Virus record (IMG/VR): IMGVR_UViG_3300021375_000025
Location: 5,508 to 69,507 of that record
Length of the DNA: 64,000 nt
Source of the DNA: a virus
Strand: one strand, 5' to 3'
Under the pieces are notes generated by a model that was given only the letters and a program-made list of their open reading frames with translations, ran no database searches and was not told the origin of the DNA. Positions within the stretch are counted from its first letter, which is position 1. Every line of letters begins with the position of its first letter. Of this stretch, positions 57,422-64,000 are shown in pieces. The translations under genes and the position numbers were made by a program.

Positions 57422-57597
57422 AAATGAACGAAATAGTGGAAACAACTAGTGCAGGCGCAGTAGCAAGTGTAGCAACACCCGTCGGCGGATTAGTTGCAAG
57501 ACAACCTAAAAATGCAGACGGCACTGCTAAGAATGGTGTAGATAGTGATAACCTATTTGGCAACAAGAAAAAGAAGCCTAAGCGTAATAAAGCATAA
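57418..57597 (+). CDS. Small protein (59 aa, MKMNEIVE|TTSAGAVASV...KKKKPKRNKA), putative internal head protein
   Basis: ATGA overlap with the upstream stop and an AGGA RBS; missed by the ORF track (<60 aa). Confidence 0.75.
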   Translation: MKMNEIVETTSAGAVASVATPVGGLVARQPKNADGTAKNGVDSDNLFGNKKKKPKRNKA

Positions 57598-57600
57598 ATA
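57593..57600 (+). promoter_or_regulatory. T4-like late promoter (CATAAATA)
   Basis: Overlaps the stop of 57418..57597; upstream of a GGAG RBS and ATG 57628. Confidence 0.65.
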
Positions 57601-57627
57601 CTACATAATACGTATTGGAGTTCCTCA

Positions 57628-58266
57628 ATGAGAGAAAAAGAATTTAAAGAAGGTTTAGGCGATTTAGCACACGCTGCCGAACGTGACCATGAAGTACAAA
57701 TGGCTCGTGCTGAACTATACAAACTAGCAAAGTATGCTATCAAACTACACGACATGCTCAAAGGCATCAGTGAAGCTGAAGGCTTAGAAGGTTGGGTACA
57801 AAGTAAAATTACTAAATCAGCAGACATGATCGGTAGTGTTTATCACCACCTAGACTATCAAGAAAGTCCTATGGGCGAAGTTACTGAAGCTAAGGATACG
57901 CATTGTTCAGACAAATGCTGCGGTAGTGATGTAAAAGCAGAAGATTGCACATGTCCTCCAACTTGTAAGCATTGTAACTGTAATGCTGTTGCAGAAGGCA
58001 AGTACAAGAATGATGCACAGCGCAAAGCTATACATGCTAATAAAAAGAAAACTGAAAGCCTACAAGATCGCCTAGCAGCAAAACTATCTGAAAAGTCAGT
58101 TTCAAAAGCACAACAACAAGCAGCTGGTATTGCACTAGCAGCTAAAGAAAAAGGTAAAACACCTAAAGGTAAAGGTGCAGCAGCACAGATGGCAAAAATG
58201 TCTAAAGCAGATCTAAAAGACTTTGCAGGCACTAAGCACAAAGGCTTACCTAAGCACAAAAAATAA
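57628..58266 (+). CDS. Modular protein: helical domain, Cys-rich module and DUF3008-like basic C-terminal module
   Basis: LEGWVQSKIT.SAD....VYHHLDY domain; HCSDKCC...DCTCPPTCKHCNC; SKAQQQAAGIALAAK...MSKADLKDFAGTKHKGLP. Confidence 0.8.
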   Translation: MREKEFKEGLGDLAHAAERDHEVQMARAELYKLAKYAIKLHDMLKGISEAEGLEGWVQSKITKSADMIGSVYHHLDYQESPMGEVTEAKDTHCSDKCCGSDVKAEDCTCPPTCKHCNCNAVAEGKYKNDAQRKAIHANKKKTESLQDRLAAKLSEKSVSKAQQQAAGIALAAKEKGKTPKGKGAAAQMAKMSKADLKDFAGTKHKGLPKHKK

Positions 58267-58280
58267 ACAGGATTAATATT

Positions 58281-58472
58281 ATGTATAAAAAAGTTGAAGA
58301 TATTTTTAGTGCTACAGACGGCAATCGTTCAGATACAGTCATGCAGTCAAACAGTATGGCGGCGCCGCTAGTAAATTCACAAACTCCACCAGTAACACAA
58401 AATGGAAATGCAAGCGAAGCTGAAAAGATTAGAGCAATGGGCGACAGACTTGCAAAGATTTGGGAAGACTAA
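58281..58472 (+). CDS. Small hypothetical protein (63 aa)
   Basis: AGGA RBS; coupled to the next gene. Confidence 0.65.
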   Translation: MYKKVEDIFSATDGNRSDTVMQSNSMAAPLVNSQTPPVTQNGNASEAEKIRAMGDRLAKIWED

Positions 58473-59281
58473 TGGACTTTAACGCACTACAACATAAACT
58501 ATTTGCACTAGATCCAAGTGATCCTAGAGAAGATTTACGCAAACTAGCTGAGTCGGCTGGTGGTATGCCGCAAGAAAATGCGCCAATTACTGAATCTTTA
58601 GTGCAAGAAAGTGTAGAAGTGCAAGAAGGTACAATGCCAGTTGAAGGTAATTATAGTCTAAGCGACTTTGCTGCACTTGCAGGCGTTACATTAACTGAAG
58701 CACAAAAGACTGGCTCAGCAGGTCAACTCAAAGGCAAAGACGCTATTAAGAAACAGCCTGCAGGTACTACTAAAAATCCAACTCGTGACAAACTAGTAGG
58801 CGAAAATGATCTAGACGAAATTAGTGCAAGAGATGCACTTAAAAGAGGCTGGGACAATCATAATACCTTGGGTGCGGTTGGTATTGAAAATCCGTTGAAA
58901 AAACTAATACAACCAAATGCATCCAAGCCACAAAAAAGTAATCAGAAGTCTAAAAACCCTAAACCAGGAGATTGGAAGAGCTTTCTTCAGCAACATACTT
59001 CTTCGCTACAAAAGATTGCTGCTGATCCTATGAAGCGTAAGCAATTTGATCAGTTCATGTCTAAAATGTCAGAGGATACCAACGAACAAGAAATTGACGA
59101 AATATTGCCAGCTCTTGGTGCAATGGCAGTTAGAGCCGTTGGTGGTGCTGTAGCAAATAAAGCTATTGACAAACTTACTGCGTCTAAAAATAAAAAGAAA
59201 AAGCCTATTAAGTCTAAGATCGATCCTACAACAGAATCAATTAAAGAAATGCTTTATCGCAAATTAAATAATAAGAAGTAA
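58472..59281 (+). CDS. Modular low-complexity protein with alternating acidic/basic blocks, putative internal head polyprotein
   Basis: ATG at 58472 (TAATG); many hydrophobic-x-E sites (ITE, VQE, LTE, VGE, LDE, MSE, IDE). Confidence 0.75.
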   Translation: MDFNALQHKLFALDPSDPREDLRKLAESAGGMPQENAPITESLVQESVEVQEGTMPVEGNYSLSDFAALAGVTLTEAQKTGSAGQLKGKDAIKKQPAGTTKNPTRDKLVGENDLDEISARDALKRGWDNHNTLGAVGIENPLKKLIQPNASKPQKSNQKSKNPKPGDWKSFLQQHTSSLQKIAADPMKRKQFDQFMSKMSEDTNEQEIDEILPALGAMAVRAVGGAVANKAIDKLTASKNKKKKPIKSKIDPTTESIKEMLYRKLNNKK

Positions 59282-59881
59282 ATGGAAGACAGTGCTGAGG
59301 ACTTTGTTTGGCACAATATTGATCCAGAACACATTTGGGTTATGGACAAACTAATACTTGCTCGTAAATTAAAATATAATAGTGGCCCGGTCGGACTTGA
59401 TGTTCCGCATCCGGGCTTTTATATTGTACGTCCTTGTGTTAACATGTTAGGACTAGGACTAGGCGCTCAAAAAGTTTGGATCGAAAAAGAAACAATGCAT
59501 CTTCCAATAGGACACTTTTGGTGCGAGTTTTTCGAAGGCGATCATTACAGCATAGATTATTTTGAAGGTAAGCAAATGCTGTGTGTACAAGGACACAAGC
59601 CTGAAGATACATTTACAAAGTGGACTGATTGGCGCAGAGATGACAAGAAATTTACGTTTCCTGCATTACTAAATGAATTAGTTGAACATCATCCTTGGAT
59701 GAACTGCGAGTTTATAAGCGACAAACTCATCGAAGTACACCTAAGACGCAACGAAGACTTCGACGGCAACATTAATCATTTCATCCCAGTCTGGGAAGGG
59801 CAAGATATTACTCCGCCCAAGGGATACACTTATCGTGAATACCCAGACGTCCACGGCAGAATCGGCGCTTTTGTAAAATAA
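59282..59881 (+). CDS. Hypothetical protein, possibly a degenerate ATP-grasp fold
   Basis: IVRP..N..G.G.G, FWCEFFEG.HYSIDY and NCEF...LIEVHLR patterns. Confidence 0.55.
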   Translation: MEDSAEDFVWHNIDPEHIWVMDKLILARKLKYNSGPVGLDVPHPGFYIVRPCVNMLGLGLGAQKVWIEKETMHLPIGHFWCEFFEGDHYSIDYFEGKQMLCVQGHKPEDTFTKWTDWRRDDKKFTFPALLNELVEHHPWMNCEFISDKLIEVHLRRNEDFDGNINHFIPVWEGQDITPPKGYTYREYPDVHGRIGAFVK

Positions 59882-59884
59882 CGC

Positions 59885-59913
59885 TTGACTTTTGTCTAAA
59901 TATATCGTATAAT
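59885..59913 (+). promoter_or_regulatory. Sigma70-type early promoter TTGACT-N17-TATAAT
   Basis: TTGACT at 59885-59890, TATAAT at 59908-59913; intergenic, upstream of an AAGGAG RBS. Confidence 0.8.
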
Positions 59914-59947
59914 TAACTTAACAATATAACTCAACAAGGAGATTACT

Positions 59948-60208
59948 ATGAGTGACCGTACCTATGGTGCTGAAGAAAAAGCAAAACTTGAGCGTCTTGT
60001 ACAAGAAGGCGTAACTGTATTACAAGAAATTGAAGACTTGCAGGGTGGACTTAAAGACACTGTAAAAGCTGTTGCAGAAGAACTTGACATTAAACCAGCA
60101 CTAATTAATAAAGCAATTAAGATTGCACAGAAACGTGATTGGGATAAGCATGCCGATGCATTTGATGATCTCGAAACACTTGTTGCAACTGTAGGTGTTG
60201 ACAAATAG
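59948..60208 (+). CDS. dsDNA-binding protein (T4 DsbA / GapR-DUF2312-like)
   Basis: KL..LVQEG...LQEIEDL...LKD.VK.VAEEL.IKP..INKAIKIA helical pattern. Confidence 0.65.
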   Translation: MSDRTYGAEEKAKLERLVQEGVTVLQEIEDLQGGLKDTVKAVAEELDIKPALINKAIKIAQKRDWDKHADAFDDLETLVATVGVDK

Positions 60209-60489
60209 TGAATAAAATTAAAGAGTTTTGGATGCAGAGTTATTACACTGACAGGACTGCATTCTTTTATGAAATCTTAAGTTTTGTATTCACTGTAGCA
60301 GCTAGTTTAACTTTAGCTATGACTGCTTACGAACCTAACATGACTATAGTATATCCAGGATTTTTCATTGGATCTATATTCGGAGTGCTAGGATATATTA
60401 GACGAGGCCTTGCTTGGCCGATGATGTTGACTGCATATTTTTGTGTGGTAAATGTATTCGGATTTGGCGTAGCAATGCTTTGGTGGTAA
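60208..60489 (+). CDS. Small membrane protein (about 3 TM)
   Basis: Three hydrophobic segments; GTG start overlapping the upstream stop. Confidence 0.7.
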   Translation: MNKIKEFWMQSYYTDRTAFFYEILSFVFTVAASLTLAMTAYEPNMTIVYPGFFIGSIFGVLGYIRRGLAWPMMLTAYFCVVNVFGFGVAMLWW

Positions 60490-60563
60490 TATATACTTTA
60501 CAGAGTCGCTCACTTTAAGAGCAGGTTTAAGGTTAGTTGGCCACAAGCAACAAAGGAGATTGA

Positions 60564-63233
60564 ATGAGCTACGTAGACGCAATGTTTGACCGCGATAGTG
60601 ATATTATCAAAGCAGTTGAACGCAAAGACGGTAAGAGAACTTATCGCGAATATCCAGTAAAATATACTTTTTATTATAAAGACCAGCGAGGCAAGTACAA
60701 AAGTGTGTACGGTGATCCTCTAAGTCGTATTGTGTGTAAGAATACAAAAGACTTCCGTAAAGAAGTTGCTATCAACAGAGACAAAGAACTGTTTGAAAGT
60801 GATATCAATCCTATCTTTCAGTGTTTGAGTGAACATTATCTTAACCAAGATGCTCCTAAACTAAACATTGCTTTTTTCGATATTGAGACTGACTTTGATC
60901 CGGAGAAAGGCTTTGCTGATCCAAGTGATCCGTTTATGCCTATTACTTCAATCTCAGTCTATTTGCAATGGTTAGAGACTATGGTATGTCTTGCTGTTCC
61001 ACCTAAAACACTTACAATGGAGCAAGCTGAAAAAGAACTCGAAGGTATTGACAATGTGATGCTGTTTGAGAAAGAAGCAGATATGATCGACACCTTCTTA
61101 ACACTTATTGAAGACAGTGATATTTTAAGTGGCTGGAACAGTGAAGGATACGATATTCCGTATACTGTTAATAGAACTGCCCGTGTACTAAGCAGTGACG
61201 ACACAAGACGTTTTTGCTTGTGGGGACAAAAGCCTAAGAAGCGTATGTACGAAAAGTTTGGCAAGGAAAGTGAAACATTTGACTTAGTAGGTCGTGTACA
61301 CTTGGATTATCTCAACTTGTATCGTAAGTACACTTATGAAGAACGTCATACATATCGACTGGATGCAATTGGTGAAATTGAAGTAGGTGAAAACAAAGTT
61401 CCGTATGAAGGAACACTTGATGCACTCTATAACAACGACTTCCGCAAGTTTATCCAATATAACATTCAAGATACTGCACTACTTGACAAGTTGGACAAGA
61501 AACTACGCTTTATTGATTTGAGCAACGAGCTCGCACACGCTAACACAGTGCTTCTACAAACAACAATGGGTGCTGTTGCTGTTACAGAGCAAGCGATTGT
61601 TAACGAAGCATGGCACAGAGGGTTACAAGTGCCCAACAGAGCAAAGCGTGACGAGGAAAATACACAAGCAGCTGGTGCTTATGTTGCATTTCCTAAGAAA
61701 GGATTGCACAAGTGGGTAGCGTCAATGGACTTGAACTCACTGTATCCTTCAGTGATTCGTGCGTTGAATATGGCTCCAGAAACTGTTGTAGGACAGATCC
61801 GGCCTGAGATTTCAGATGCTCGTGTACATGAAGACATGACGCTAAAGAAAAAATCGTTTGCAGGAAGTTGGGAAGGACGTTTCTCTACAGAAGAATACGA
61901 AGCAGTTATGGAGCAACGTAAAGACATTGTACTAACAATCGACTGGGAGTCAGGTGGCAGTGATGTACTAAGTGGCGCTGAACTATACAAGGTTATCTTC
62001 GATAGTAATCAACCTTGGATGCTTAGTGCAAACGGTACTATCTTTACTACTGAGTTCGAAGGTGTTATTCCAGGTATTCTAAAGCGTTGGTACAGTGAAC
62101 GTAAAGATTTGCAGAAGATGCTAAAGAAAGCTAAGGACGCAGGCAATGCAGCAGAAATCGAATACTGGGACAAAAGACAGCTGGTTAAAAAGATTAATCT
62201 TAATAGTTTGTATGGCGCTATTCTCAATCCTGGGTGCCGTTTTTTCGATAAGCGTATTGGTCAAAGTACTACACTTACTGGGCGTACTATCGTAAAACAT
62301 ATGAGTGCAGAAGCAAACAAAGTTATTACTGGAGTATATGACCATACTGGCGATGCCGTTATATATGGTGATACTGACTCTGTATATTTTAGTGCTTGGC
62401 CAATTTTAAAAGATGATGTCGAAGCTGGCAAGGTTCCGTGGGATACAGAAAAAGCTATTTCGTTGTATGACCAAGTAAGCGAAGCAGTAGACGGTACGTT
62501 TGTTGACATGATGGGCAAAGCGTTTCATTGTCCAAAGAGTCGTAGTGACGTTATTGCAGCAGGCAGAGAGATTGTTGCAGAGAGTGGCTTGTATATTACT
62601 AAGAAACGTTATGCAGCGTTAGTTGTAGACAACGAAGGCTTTAGAACAGATGTTGATGGCAAGCCTGGCAAGGTAAAGGCAATGGGCTTAGACTTACGCC
62701 GTTCAGACACACCTGTGTTTATGCAGGAGTTTTTGAGTGAATTGCTGCTAATGGTGCTTACAGACAAGCCGAGAGAGGATGTACTTGAACGCATTACAGT
62801 GTTCCGTAAAGAGTTTAGTGCAAGACCAGGCTGGGAGAAAGGATCTCCTAAACGTGCAAACAAAGTTGGACACTATCGTCGACTAGAAGAAAAGCAAGGC
62901 AAAGCAAATATGCCTGGACACGTAAGAGCAAGCATCAACTGGAATACACTAAAGCGTATGAACGGTGACAAGTACAGTGAAGAGATTGTAGACGGTATGA
63001 AAGTTATTGTCTGTAAACTAAAACAAAACCCACTAGGATACACAAGTGTTGCGTATCCAACAGATCAAATGAGACTGCCAGAGTGGTTCAAAGAACTTCC
63101 GTTTGATGATTCAGCAATGGCAGAAACTATTATCGATAACAAACTTGACAACTTGATTGGTGTGTTGAACTATCCACTAGAGGATACTAAGTCGCACACA
63201 ACATTCGGTAGTTTGTTTGAATTCGGAGACTAA
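60564..63233 (+). CDS. 43: Family B DNA polymerase with 3'-5' exonuclease (T4 gp43-like)
   Basis: FDIET ExoI, GWNSEGYD ExoII, YNIQD ExoIII; DLNSLYPS region II, KINLNSLYG region III, YGDTDS region I, KKRYA. Confidence 0.97.
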   Translation: MSYVDAMFDRDSDIIKAVERKDGKRTYREYPVKYTFYYKDQRGKYKSVYGDPLSRIVCKNTKDFRKEVAINRDKELFESDINPIFQCLSEHYLNQDAPKLNIAFFDIETDFDPEKGFADPSDPFMPITSISVYLQWLETMVCLAVPPKTLTMEQAEKELEGIDNVMLFEKEADMIDTFLTLIEDSDILSGWNSEGYDIPYTVNRTARVLSSDDTRRFCLWGQKPKKRMYEKFGKESETFDLVGRVHLDYLNLYRKYTYEERHTYRLDAIGEIEVGENKVPYEGTLDALYNNDFRKFIQYNIQDTALLDKLDKKLRFIDLSNELAHANTVLLQTTMGAVAVTEQAIVNEAWHRGLQVPNRAKRDEENTQAAGAYVAFPKKGLHKWVASMDLNSLYPSVIRALNMAPETVVGQIRPEISDARVHEDMTLKKKSFAGSWEGRFSTEEYEAVMEQRKDIVLTIDWESGGSDVLSGAELYKVIFDSNQPWMLSANGTIFTTEFEGVIPGILKRWYSERKDLQKMLKKAKDAGNAAEIEYWDKRQLVKKINLNSLYGAILNPGCRFFDKRIGQSTTLTGRTIVKHMSAEANKVITGVYDHTGDAVIYGDTDSVYFSAWPILKDDVEAGKVPWDTEKAISLYDQVSEAVDGTFVDMMGKAFHCPKSRSDVIAAGREIVAESGLYITKKRYAALVVDNEGFRTDVDGKPGKVKAMGLDLRRSDTPVFMQEFLSELLLMVLTDKPREDVLERITVFRKEFSARPGWEKGSPKRANKVGHYRRLEEKQGKANMPGHVRASINWNTLKRMNGDKYSEEIVDGMKVIVCKLKQNPLGYTSVAYPTDQMRLPEWFKELPFDDSAMAETIIDNKLDNLIGVLNYPLEDTKSHTTFGSLFEFGD

Positions 63234-63234
63234 T

Positions 63235-63342
63235 ATGAAAATAAAAGTAGAAGTAGAAATTGATACAGAAAACGAACAAGACAAACATACTATCGAAGAA
63301 CTAATTGAGAAATTAAAAGAGTTAGTGGAGTATATGCAATGA
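63235..63342 (+). CDS. Small acidic protein (35 aa, MKIKVEVEIDTENEQD...)
   Basis: GGAG RBS; fills the gap exactly; ATGA overlap with the next gene. Confidence 0.65.
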   Translation: MKIKVEVEIDTENEQDKHTIEELIEKLKELVEYMQ

Positions 63343-63755
63343 GAGTAGGATTTACCTGTAGCACATTTGATTTACTACATTCTGGACATGTACAAATGTT
63401 GCGTGAAGCAAAAGAACAATGTGACTATCTAATATGTGGATTGCAAATAGATCCTAGTCAAGATCGTGCTGAAAAGAACGCTCCTATACAAACTGTTGTA
63501 GAGCGTTACACACAACTCAAAGCAGTTAAGTATGTTGATGAAATTATCCCCTATGGTACAGAAAAAGATCTAGAAGATATCTTGACAATGTACAATATTC
63601 ATGTTAGAATATTAGGAGAGGAGTATAGAGATGGAAAATTTACAGGCAGAGCTATCTGTGCAAAACGTGGAATCGAACTATACTTTAACAAACGTGAACA
63701 CCGCTTTAGTTCAAGCGATTTACGCAAGCGAGTTGCTGAAAGAGAAAACAAATGA
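63339..63755 (+). CDS. Cytidylyltransferase (TagD/RfaE-like, HxGH)
   Basis: TFDLLHSGH, YLICGL, ER..QL.AVKYVDEI and SSS.LR motifs. Confidence 0.9.
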   Translation: MRVGFTCSTFDLLHSGHVQMLREAKEQCDYLICGLQIDPSQDRAEKNAPIQTVVERYTQLKAVKYVDEIIPYGTEKDLEDILTMYNIHVRILGEEYRDGKFTGRAICAKRGIELYFNKREHRFSSSDLRKRVAERENK

Positions 63756-64000
63756 GTAAAACAAGTAAAGCACAAGCCTATAAAAAAGTTTATGCCGGCG
63801 AATTCTGCCCAGTCGAATGGTGGGAATTCGAACCTGTGGATTTGTTACCAGAGTGTAAAAGGGTAACTCGCTTGGGTGTCACATATGAATATCAAAAAGT
63901 GCGTAACAAGTTCTTAGGTTTGATCCCATATACTGAGTGGGTGGATAAAGAACGTATTGTGTGGTATCCCGAAGACACTGTAGAATATTATACTTGTAGA
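63752..64000 (+). CDS. Hypothetical protein (3' truncated by the window edge)
   Basis: ATGA overlap with the upstream stop; frame open to the window end. Confidence 0.6.
   Translation, partial: MSKTSKAQAYKKVYAGEFCPVEWWEFEPVDLLPECKRVTRLGVTYEYQKVRNKFLGLIPYTEWVDKERIVWYPEDTVEYYTCR

Noticed and set aside
60198-60226. TTGACA at the end of the DsbA-like gene as a promoter
   Set aside because: No acceptable -10 hexamer at 16-18 nt spacing.
1-64000. tRNA, rRNA, integrase or transposase genes
   Set aside because: Intergenic gaps are under about 160 nt and I saw no cloverleaf/T-loop pattern or recombinase motifs; a tRNAscan-SE run would be needed to be certain.
1-64000. Stop-codon reassignment
   Set aside because: Genes are full length under the standard code, and TAA, TGA and TAG all occur as real stops (for example thyA ends in TAG).

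Overview
64 kb of a large, AT-rich dsDNA myovirus-type (T4-superfamily-like or jumbo) phage genome. It is densely coding, and all credible genes are on the + strand except phoH. The host is probably Gram-negative (two-component spanin), possibly a proteobacterium (FdxA, ClpA). Layout: (1) 1-19.4 kb, virion baseplate/tail-fibre genes, including a virion-type subtilisin; (2) 19.4-26.8 kb, a DnaE fragment, GroES, two MazG-like proteins, a DnaQ exonuclease, clamp loader, ferredoxin, DHFR, ThyA, dCMP deaminase and PhoH; (3) 27-34.9 kb, lysis cassette (GH19 endolysin, spanins, holin candidates, one with an EF-hand) plus DnaJ-ClpA; (4) 34.9-54.1 kb, a second repeat-rich fibre/adhesin block with three paralogous Ig + FG-GAP proteins; (5) 54.1-59.3 kb, a late-promoter-driven cluster of strongly charged proteins; (6) 59.3-64 kb, a DNA-binding protein, family B DNA polymerase and a cytidylyltransferase. 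A T4-like late promoter motif, NATAA(A/G)TA, precedes 13 genes, and sigma70-type promoters are often embedded in coding sequence. The best candidate for an undescribed system is cluster (5): these look like capsid-targeted polyproteins whose modules are bounded by hydrophobic-x-Glu prohead-protease sites. Cleavage would release a nucleotidyltransferase, basic nucleic-acid-binding modules, a metallothionein-like peptide, and bacteriocin/antimicrobial-peptide-like amphipathic helices. Other notable items are a gene cassette flanked by a duplicated 53-bp promoter, a DnaE that stops just before its catalytic motif, and RBS-occluding hairpins. All family assignments come from motif recognition by eye; no database search was run.
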